Source of the DNA: Gemmatimonadales bacterium
GTDB taxonomy: Bacteria; Gemmatimonadota; Gemmatimonadetes; Gemmatimonadales; GWC2-71-9
Length of the DNA stretch: 64,000 nucleotides
Assembly (NCBI GenBank): GCA_035703525.1
Contig: DASSYA010000005.1
Span: forward strand, 82,532 to 146,531
Direction of reading: 5' to 3'
Positions 9,518 to 16,674 of this stretch are shown piece after piece; position 1 is the first letter of the stretch, and each line of letters begins with the position of its first letter. Below the pieces are notes generated by a model. The model saw only the letters and a list, made by a program, of their open reading frames with translations. It had not been told where the DNA came from and ran no database searches. A program made the translations under genes and the position numbers.

Positions 9518-9851
9518 GGTCTCTTTCGCAATCTGGTACCTCGCGGTAGACTGATTCAGACCCTGACAGGGGCCCTGCCGCCTCAGGTGCCCCGTTATCG
9601 ACCCAGGAGAGTCGTTATGCCCCCCCCCCCCCGCTCAGCCATCAGCCGGCGTCTCCACACTCCTCCTGGGCCTCCACGACCAACTCCTGGCGTCGACCCT
9701 CACCGAATCGCTCGCTCGGTCGTGTCGCGTGGTTGGTGTGGCCGCGTCCTGGAACGAATTCCACGACGCACTCGATGCTCATCACCCTTCGGTTGCACTG
9801 ATTGATATCCTTGTCGGTGCCGACCGTGTGATGCCCTATCTGGGAGCCATC
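9518..9851 (+). repeat. Direct repeat copy B (334 bp)
   Basis: See copy A. It covers the leader, SD, ATG, poly-C tract and N-terminal receiver codons of the full-length regulator. Confidence 0.9.
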
Positions 9852-10274
9852 GTGACCCAATACAGGTCGACCGCTTTCATCCTCTGCACCGCCGATCTCG
9901 ATGATCTCCTGGTGGAGCGGGCACTGGTGGCGGGCGTGGCCGGTGTGCTGGGACATGACTGCACCGCGGAGCAATTGCTCTCGGTGATCCAGTCAACTCT
10001 CCAGGGGAATGCGTGGCCCGCTGGTGTCGGCCGGCCCGCGCTGGGGCATGCCGGCCGTCAGCGCCCGCTCGTCGCCATCACGGTCAGGCAACGTCAGGTA
10101 TTGGAACTCCTCTGGCAGGGATTGACACACAAGGAGATCGCCGAATTCCTTGGCCGCGGGATCAAGACGGTTGAGGGGATCGTGGGCAAGCTCCGGAGGG
10201 CTCACGGCTTGAAGCGAGGCGAAGTCGCGCCGTGGGAGGTGATGAGGAGGGGACGTCCCTCGGGCGGCGATTAG
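9617..10274 (+). CDS. Orphan LuxR/FixJ-family response regulator (atypical receiver + GerE-type HTH); ATG separated from the receiver frame by a +1 offset in a 13-nt poly-C tract
   Basis: AGGAGA at 9605-9610, 6 nt before the ATG at 9617. Receiver frame: STLLLGLHDQLL...VALIDILVG...AFILCTAD...; HTH: 'LTHKEIAEFLGRGIKTVEGIVGKLR'. The span is 658 nt (3n+1). The ORF track only recovers 9729..10274 from an internal GTG that would lack beta-strand 1. Confidence 0.8.
9620..9632 (+). repeat. Poly-C tract (13 nt) immediately after the ATG at 9617
   Basis: Counted directly: atg + 13 C + gctcag. 12 or 15 C would fuse the ATG to the receiver frame as MPPPPAQPSAGVSTLLLGLHD... Confidence 0.9.
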
Positions 10275-10623
10275 GGAAATAAGGTGGCGGGAGGGCCTAA
10301 TGCGCCGTCTATTGAGGTAGGTACCGAAAGCGCATGGTGTCGGGTGGATGTCGAGGCTCGCTGGACGATAGCCTCCTGGCGTGTGAGCCCGGCGCTTCGA
10401 CGGACTCTGTGATCGCAACGCTCACTGCCGCGTGGTCGGTGAGAACGGGGGTTCTGTGGACGGGAAGGATTTGTTGGGCACAACCGTGAGGTGTCGTTCT
10501 CCAAACGTGACGTGGCCGAGAGAACGACGTCTTGGTTGCAGGAGGGGAGTGCTCGCGTGTGTTCTCTTGAATGTCATCCAGCTGATGTCGGTTCACTCCC
10601 AGCGGGAATGCACCTCGAAGTGC

Positions 10624-11685
10624 ATGCCCTCGCGACGCCTGAGTGGTCCCTCGAGACTCAGCTTGCGCTCCCTGGTTGCATGGCTGGCCATTTGCTCCGT
10701 TCTGCCCTGCGCTCCGTCGCTCGCAGCCCAAACCGGGGCCCGCATGTATTTCGGAGAAAATGTGGAGTTCGGGTCGGTCCTCTTCGGAGCGGAGACGCCC
10801 AATCAGGGCCTCTGTGTGATCGATGGATCAGATCAAAAAATCCTTTGCTTCGATCGAGCGGGGAAGTTGCGGTTCTCCGTCGGCCGACGCGGCGAAGGGC
10901 CCGGCGAGTCGACCGGCTTGTACCGTCTGGCGGTCTCCCCAACCGGTCGGGTGTTCGGTCTCGATTTCGCCCGTCAAATGGTGAATGTCTACGACCCGGG
11001 TGGGAAATTCGAGCGCTCACTCCGCTTGCCGATCCCTTTCAGTCAGGTTCTCAGTTTTCTCGCGCCCACAGACTCGCTTCTGGTTCTAACCGCGACGGCC
11101 TTTGATGCCGGCCGGGCTTCGGATTTCGGTGTGCACACGTTCCGCGTGTCCGACTCCTTGGTCTATCTCACCTCGTTCGGCCCATTGCCAGAAACGAATG
11201 ATCGTCGGGTACTCTCGATGTTCGGCAGTGGGATAGCGACCCTGACGCCTCGTGGAACACTACTCTACTCACGGCGCTACCCGTATGACCTGTTCGAATT
11301 CAGTCTCGACGGGACACAGGTCCTCACGGTTCAGGGACCCGTCCATCTGACCACAAGCCTGGATGAGTTGATTGAAGTCAATCGATCTGCGACAAAGACC
11401 ACGTTCAGCTATGTCGGAGCAGAGAAGCCTGAACGCGTCGGTTCGGCCTACGATGGTGGCAACGGACGATGGTATGTGATGCGGACCGATAAGGATGGGC
11501 ACAAACTCTTCGATGTCTTCGACGCGCGAACGGGCCGGTGGCTTCCCAGTATCCCGTCCCCGATTCGTGATCCAGATCTCTCCCTTTTGGGAATGGACTT
11601 CAAGAACGGGTTCTATCTCGGCTCGACTCTCTGCGATGATGCGCCGTGTGTCCTCCGGGACCCGCTCAAGATCCGCGGTCCCTAA
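10624..11685 (+). CDS. Secreted NHL-like / 6-bladed beta-propeller-type protein, paralog 2
   Basis: ORF 10432..11685. The likely start is the ATG at 10624, giving signal peptide MPSRRLSGPSRLSLRSLVAWLAICSVLPCAPSLAAQ. Blade motif 'VGRRGEGPGESTGLYRLAVSPTGRVFGLD'. Confidence 0.65.
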   Translation: MPSRRLSGPSRLSLRSLVAWLAICSVLPCAPSLAAQTGARMYFGENVEFGSVLFGAETPNQGLCVIDGSDQKILCFDRAGKLRFSVGRRGEGPGESTGLYRLAVSPTGRVFGLDFARQMVNVYDPGGKFERSLRLPIPFSQVLSFLAPTDSLLVLTATAFDAGRASDFGVHTFRVSDSLVYLTSFGPLPETNDRRVLSMFGSGIATLTPRGTLLYSRRYPYDLFEFSLDGTQVLTVQGPVHLTTSLDELIEVNRSATKTTFSYVGAEKPERVGSAYDGGNGRWYVMRTDKDGHKLFDVFDARTGRWLPSIPSPIRDPDLSLLGMDFKNGFYLGSTLCDDAPCVLRDPLKIRGP

Positions 11686-11736
11686 CGCCGTGGTGGTGCA
11701 GTACCGCTCGACTCACCCGCAGTGAAGGAGAACTAC

Positions 11737-12174
11737 ATGTCCAGACTTCTGATCAGAATCGCAGCGACGTTGGCGCTGACGGTCGGTGGCGCCAACGCGA
11801 TCGGTGCGCAGGTACTGTCACCAGGTGTGGGAACTGGAGCTAGCGCCCAGGCACAAACGCCCAATGACTGCTTCTGGTTCTGTACCAACGTTCTTCATCC
11901 GATCGACGGGACCGTCATCGGACACCAATGCAACAACTATGGCTATGGCCACGTGGTACCGGAGCACGGCTTCTCCTGCATCGCGACCTCAGAATGGCGC
12001 ATCCTGGTGTCCGGGAATTTGTGTGACGGTCCGCTGGCAGTTCTCACCGCGGATGGAGTGCCGACCGTCCTTGCCAACGGGTGTTCACCGGGGAATGTGG
12101 CAGCCGCGTTCGCAACGGAAATGCCTTCTCACGGAGGGGTGATCGTAACCGCAAATAACTGGAGAGCAACATGA
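11737..12174 (+). CDS. Small secreted Cys-rich protein, paralog A (145 aa)
   Basis: AAGGAG at 11725-11730, 6 nt before the ATG at 11737. Signal peptide MSRLLIRIAATLALTVGGANAIGAQ. Six Cys including CFWFC. No family recognised. Confidence 0.6.
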   Translation: MSRLLIRIAATLALTVGGANAIGAQVLSPGVGTGASAQAQTPNDCFWFCTNVLHPIDGTVIGHQCNNYGYGHVVPEHGFSCIATSEWRILVSGNLCDGPLAVLTADGVPTVLANGCSPGNVAAAFATEMPSHGGVIVTANNWRAT

Positions 12175-12638
12175 TCCGTGTCATCATGCCACAACTGATC
12201 CTTGGGATCGTACTCGCTGCGGCTCCGGCCGCTGCTCAGTCGGTGCACCTCAGCTCCGGCTCCGGTGGAGCTACCGCGATGGCCCAGGTGCCACTGTGTG
12301 ACAAGTTCTGCGTGTGGCAGACCCACCCGAACACCGGAGACCCGATCGGCGTGGCATGCATCCAAGATGTGAATTCTCCTCCGAGCAATGAACAGCACGG
12401 GAGAGATTGTTCGACCTCCGGCTTCGACTGTTCCCTATTCCATCCCTGCCCGTTTGGAAGCGCGTTCGGCATTCTCCGCCCCGACCGCACGGTGCTGGCT
12501 TCTGGCACTGGTTGCAGCTGGACTCAATTCGTGGCGTTCTCCAATGAAAGGTCTGGTGTCGGTGGAACGATGCTTCCTCTACCAGGAGGCAGGCTTATCG
12601 TCGCATCTCCGCAACCTCCCGTCCTAGTCTCCGAGTAG
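12171..12638 (+). CDS. Small secreted Cys-rich protein, paralog B (155 aa)
   Basis: ATGA start/stop overlap with the preceding gene. Signal peptide ...LILGIVLAAAPAAAQS. It shares CxxxC...HPxxGxxIGxxC...HG..C...G.GCS spacing with paralog A. Confidence 0.6.
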   Translation: MIRVIMPQLILGIVLAAAPAAAQSVHLSSGSGGATAMAQVPLCDKFCVWQTHPNTGDPIGVACIQDVNSPPSNEQHGRDCSTSGFDCSLFHPCPFGSAFGILRPDRTVLASGTGCSWTQFVAFSNERSGVGGTMLPLPGGRLIVASPQPPVLVSE

Positions 12639-13085
12639 CATCTGGCGTGATAGGTAGGCTCAGGCGTGCCACGGGGTGCTTCGGTGTTTCTCAACGCCGA
12701 AGTCACTCCCTGGCATCGCTCGCCGACCGCCACCTGTAGGTCGCCTCTTGGTTCGATTGTCGCCGTGGAGTTCACCATTTGCTAGGTGAACAAGGCCGGG
12801 TATCGGACCCCAAGTCATCCAGTCGGTGGTGCCTGCCCCCCACCTGACGCCCGAATGACACCCGGTCACTTCATTCCATGGAGCGCACTCCGACCCCGAC
12901 CCCGATCCGGAACCTGTCAACGATTGTGAGACACGGGTGACCTTACATTTACTGTGCCCCCGCCGTGGCGAGCACGTCCGCCGTCGGGTTGATCCGGAAT
13001 CGACCGGAACGCTGATGTCGTTGACTTCGACGGGAGCTGGCTCCCTGAACTGAGGATGGGAGCCAGTGTCGCGGGAGGCCCACTT

Positions 13086-13130
13086 CTACACCCTCCCGAT
13101 CAACACCCCGTGCGTCCCGCGGTCGGGTTC
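13086..13130 (-). repeat. ppk 3' end = right-hand att-like direct repeat
   Basis: 40/45 identity to 7771-7815 (see that feature). Confidence 0.8.
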
Positions 13131-15227
13131 GCCCTGCTCCGGACGTCGCTGGTGGTAGCTGCCGTCGGGCAGCAGGTCCCACGCCTGGCGGTTGTCCTTG
13201 AGCATCAGCTCCAGCAACCGGCGCACCTCCGCCCGGTGACGCGGATCCTCGATCGGCACCGCCACCTCGACCCGACGCTCCAGGTTCCGCGGCATCCAGT
13301 CGGCCGACGAGATGTAGACCTCCTCCCGCCCACCGTTCCGGAACACCGCCGCACGTGAGTGTTCGAGGAACCGCCCCACGATCGAGATCACCCGGATGTT
13401 CTCGCTCACCCCCACGATCCCGGGCCTGAGGCAACAGATGCCCCGGATGATCAGGTCGACCTGCACCCCGGCCTGCGACGCCTCGTAGAGCGCATGAATC
13501 ACATCGCGATCCACCAGCGAATTCATCTTCGCCAGGATCCGACCCTGACGCCCGGCCCGCGCATGCTCGGTCTCTCGCCGGATCGCCGCCAGGACCTTCC
13601 GCTTGAGCCACCGTGGGGCCACGACCAGCTTCCGGAACTCCCCCGGGATCGCGAATCCCGTCAGCACATTGAACAGCCCCGACACGTCGGCCCCGATATC
13701 CTCATCGCAGGTCAGGAGCCCGAGGTCGGTATAGAGGCGTGCCGTCTTCGGGTTGTAGTTGCCGGTACCGACATGGACATAGCGCCGGATCGCGGTCCCC
13801 TCGCGCCGGACGATGAGGAGGATCTTCGCGTGCGTCTTGAGACCGGCATCGCCGTAGCTCACGTGCACACCGATCTCCTCGAAGCGCTTGGCCCACGAGA
13901 TGTTGTTCTCCTCGTCGAACCGCGCCTGCAACTCGATCAGCACCGCAACCTGCTTCCCCCGTTCGGCGGCATGCGCCAGCAAGCGCGCGATCTCGCCACC
14001 GGTCCGGTAGAGCGTGATCTTGATGGCCAGCACGTCAGGATCATCCGAGGCGACCGCGATCAATCGCTCGATCGAGGCGTCGAACGAATCGAACGGATGG
14101 TGCAGCAACAGGTCGCCCTCGCGGATCGCCTCGAAGATGTCACGGTGGTCGGCGAGCCGCTTCGGCACGCCCGGCACGAACGGCGGGTCCTTGAGCGCGG
14201 GCACGTCGAGCGCCGCAATCGCGTGGAGGGCGGTGGCATCGAGCAATCCCTCGACCTCGAAGATGTCGTCGCTGGTGAGTGCCAGACCCTCGCCGGCATG
14301 CGCCTCGTTGAACTCCTCGAGCAGCAGGTGCCGCATCGTGTCGGGCATCACCGGCTGCACCTCGATCCGCACCACCTCGCCGAACTTGCGGTTGCGCACC
14401 TCTTCCTGGATCAACTCCAGCAGGTCGTCGGCCTCGTCGTTGTCACCCTGACCGACCTCGAGATTGAGGTCGGTGTTGCGGGTGATCCGGAAGAAGTGGC
14501 TGCCCAGGATCGTGATCCCGGGGAAGAGCGCGTCGAGGTGCGCCTCGATCAGCAGCTCGAGCGGCAGGAACTGGTTGGCCGTGAGCAGCGGTACCCAGCG
14601 CGGCAGCAACTCGGGCACCTTGACGCGCGCGAACCGCGGCTCGCCCTGCTCGTCAAGCAGCGACACCGCGAGCGAGAGCGAGAGATTCGAGATATGCGGG
14701 AACGGGTGCGCCGGATCGACCGCGAGCGGCGTGAGCACCGGGTAGACATTCGCGAGGAAGTAGGCCGAGAGATGGGCGCGGTCGCGGTCGGGCAGGGCGG
14801 CCCAACTGTCGTGCAACACGATCCCGTGACGGGCGAGTGCCGGGACCAGGTCGAGCGTGAGGCATCGGCCGTGTTGCGCCACCATGCTCCGCGCCGTCTC
14901 GCGGATCGCGAGCAGTTGCTGGGCTGGCGGCATCGCATCGGCGACCTGCTCGCTGACGCGCGCAGCGACCTGCTCGCGGATGCCGGCCACGCGCACCTGG
15001 AAGAACTCGTCGAGGTTGCCCGAGAAGATGGCCAGGAACTTGATCCGTTCGAGGAGCGGGGTGCGCGGATCGAGCGCCTCGTGCAGCACGCGTCGATTGA
15101 ACTCCAGCCAGGACAACTCGCGGTTCTGGTAAAGTGCCGGATCGTGCAGATCGGGCGGTGTCGGTGCGGTTGCTGCCACCTCGTGCCGATCGCCGGGGCG
15201 TTCGGGCAACGATGTCGTCATCGCCAT
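13086..15227 (-). CDS. ppk: Polyphosphate kinase 1
   Basis: 713 aa. 'YQNRELSWLEFNRRVLHEA', 'RIKFLAIFSGNLDEFFQVRVAG' and C-terminal PLD-like domains ('THAKILLIVRRE', 'RFLEHSR') are characteristic of PPK1. Confidence 0.95.
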   Translation of the reverse strand: MAMTTSLPERPGDRHEVAATAPTPPDLHDPALYQNRELSWLEFNRRVLHEALDPRTPLLERIKFLAIFSGNLDEFFQVRVAGIREQVAARVSEQVADAMPPAQQLLAIRETARSMVAQHGRCLTLDLVPALARHGIVLHDSWAALPDRDRAHLSAYFLANVYPVLTPLAVDPAHPFPHISNLSLSLAVSLLDEQGEPRFARVKVPELLPRWVPLLTANQFLPLELLIEAHLDALFPGITILGSHFFRITRNTDLNLEVGQGDNDEADDLLELIQEEVRNRKFGEVVRIEVQPVMPDTMRHLLLEEFNEAHAGEGLALTSDDIFEVEGLLDATALHAIAALDVPALKDPPFVPGVPKRLADHRDIFEAIREGDLLLHHPFDSFDASIERLIAVASDDPDVLAIKITLYRTGGEIARLLAHAAERGKQVAVLIELQARFDEENNISWAKRFEEIGVHVSYGDAGLKTHAKILLIVRREGTAIRRYVHVGTGNYNPKTARLYTDLGLLTCDEDIGADVSGLFNVLTGFAIPGEFRKLVVAPRWLKRKVLAAIRRETEHARAGRQGRILAKMNSLVDRDVIHALYEASQAGVQVDLIIRGICCLRPGIVGVSENIRVISIVGRFLEHSRAAVFRNGGREEVYISSADWMPRNLERRVEVAVPIEDPRHRAEVRRLLELMLKDNRQAWDLLPDGSYHQRRPEQGEPDRGTHGVLIGRV

Positions 15228-15601
15228 TCCTCTCCGCGACGGCGCTCCGCCCCCGTCAACGCGGTGAGTGCGGTGCTCGCCAAGCCGATGATCAACCCAC
15301 CCCAGAAGGCGGGCCAGAAGCCATCAATCACGAACCCGAGCCCGAACGACTGCGAGAGTCGTGCCGTCGCGAGCAGCAGCAGCGCATTCACCACCAGCAT
15401 GAACAGCCCGAAGGTCAGCACGATCAGCGGGCAGGTCAGGATCGTGATCAACGGCTTGAGCAGCGCGTTGACCAGCGAGAAGACCAGGGCCACCCCGACC
15501 AGGGCGATCGGCTCGCCGGTCCAGTGAACGCCCGACACGAACGTCACCGCGACATAGAGCGCCAGTGTCGTGATCAGCAGGCGCACCACGAAGCGCTTCA
15601 T
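15218..15601 (-). CDS. Phage-holin-family (superfamily IV, 4-TM) membrane protein
   Basis: 127 aa. '[11 protein letters not shown]...[34 protein letters not shown]' matches the family pattern. Its stop overlaps the ppk start by 10 nt and its start overlaps the mnmA stop by 4 nt. Confidence 0.65.
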   Translation of the reverse strand: MKRFVVRLLITTLALYVAVTFVSGVHWTGEPIALVGVALVFSLVNALLKPLITILTCPLIVLTFGLFMLVVNALLLLATARLSQSFGLGFVIDGFWPAFWGGLIIGLASTALTALTGAERRRGEEWR

Positions 15602-16674
15602 GCCGCGCTCGCGATCACGCCACCACCGAGGACCAGACCGTTGGGGCCGTAGCAGACCCCGGACTGCCCGGGCGCGATGGCACGGATCGGGACGTGCAGG
15701 TCGAAGGTCACGGCGTCGCCTCGCACCTGCCTGACGGTGGCGGGCACGGCCTGGCTGCGGTAGCGGAGTTGCACCTCACACTGATCGCCCTCGGCGAGCG
15801 GGGTGTCGACCAACCAGTTGCATTCCTCGAGTGTCACGACATCGCCCAGCAGCGCATCGGCATCGCCAACCACCACTTCCCGCGTCTCCGGCCGCACCCC
15901 CAGCACGTAGAGCGGTCGACTCCGGCCACCGGGGAGTCCGCGGCGCTGGCCAACGGTGTAGCCGGCGAAGCCGTCGTGCTCGCCCACCACGGTGCCATCG
16001 GCGGTGACGAGATGGCCGGGCGAGAGGGCGGGGGCATCGGCCGGCAGGTGCTGCTTGAGCACCTGCACATAATCCCCATCGGGAACGAAGCAGATCTCGA
16101 CGCTCTCCGGCTTGTCAGCGGTCACGAGGCCCGCTGCGCGTGCGGCATCCCGTGTCTCGGCCTTGGTCATCGTGCCGACCGGGGTCAGCATCCGTGCCAC
16201 CACGGCACGGTCGATCCCCCAGAGGAAGTAGCTCTGGTCCTTGTTCGCGTCGTCGCCGCGGAACAGTTGGCCACCCTCGGCGCGCGCGTAGTGTCCCGTC
16301 GCGAGCCAGTCGCACCCGAGGGCATCGGCGTGGGCGAGCAAGTCACGAAACTTGGTGAACGAGTTGCAGCGCACACAGGGGATCGGGGTCCGGCCGCTGG
16401 CATACTCCTCGACGAAGTCACGGATCACCCGATCGGAGAAGCGGTCCTCGAGATTGAGGACGTAGTGCGGGATCCCGAGCGTATGGGCGACGCTCTGGGC
16501 GTCGAAGATCGAATCGAGCGAGCAGCACGGGCGGTCGGGCACGTCCTCGCCGTGGCAGAAGAGCTTCATCGTGGCGCCGATGACCTCGTATCCCTGCTCG
16601 ACCAGCATCGCCGCCGCGAGCGACGAATCCACCCCGCCGCTCATCGCGACGAGGACCCGTCCCTTGTCAGGCAC
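15598..16674 (-). CDS. mnmA: tRNA 2-thiouridine(34) synthase MnmA
   Basis: PP-loop '[15 protein letters not shown]', catalytic Cys context '[13 protein letters not shown]', 'DQSYFLWG'. Confidence 0.95.
   Translation of the reverse strand: MPDKGRVLVAMSGGVDSSLAAAMLVEQGYEVIGATMKLFCHGEDVPDRPCCSLDSIFDAQSVAHTLGIPHYVLNLEDRFSDRVIRDFVEEYASGRTPIPCVRCNSFTKFRDLLAHADALGCDWLATGHYARAEGGQLFRGDDANKDQSYFLWGIDRAVVARMLTPVGTMTKAETRDAARAAGLVTADKPESVEICFVPDGDYVQVLKQHLPADAPALSPGHLVTADGTVVGEHDGFAGYTVGQRRGLPGGRSRPLYVLGVRPETREVVVGDADALLGDVVTLEECNWLVDTPLAEGDQCEVQLRYRSQAVPATVRQVRGDAVTFDLHVPIRAIAPGQSGVCYGPNGLVLGGGVIASAA

Larger units (their letters stand above)
7816..13085. mobile_element. Putative integrase-less genomic island inserted at the 3' end of ppk
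   Basis: Bracketed by the 45-nt direct repeats at 7771-7815 and 13086-13130. Visibly more A/T-rich than its flanks. All genes are accessory-type (orphan regulator, secreted propellers, Cys-rich secreted proteins). No recombinase gene is visible. Confidence 0.45.

Noticed and set aside
12660-12920. 86-aa minus-strand ORF in the island/ppk spacer
   Set aside because: It starts with a GSGSGSGS low-complexity run derived from a ccgacc repeat. It has no SD and no family resemblance.
13359-15527. 722-aa plus-strand ORF
   Set aside because: It lies entirely antisense to ppk, whose product has unambiguous PPK1 motifs. The translation is Arg/His/Asp/Pro-rich with no domain signature. Long antisense ORFs are expected at this GC content.
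15218-15601. Holin-family gene as evidence of a prophage
   Set aside because: No endolysin, capsid, terminase or integrase genes are nearby. The gene is translationally coupled to mnmA and ppk.
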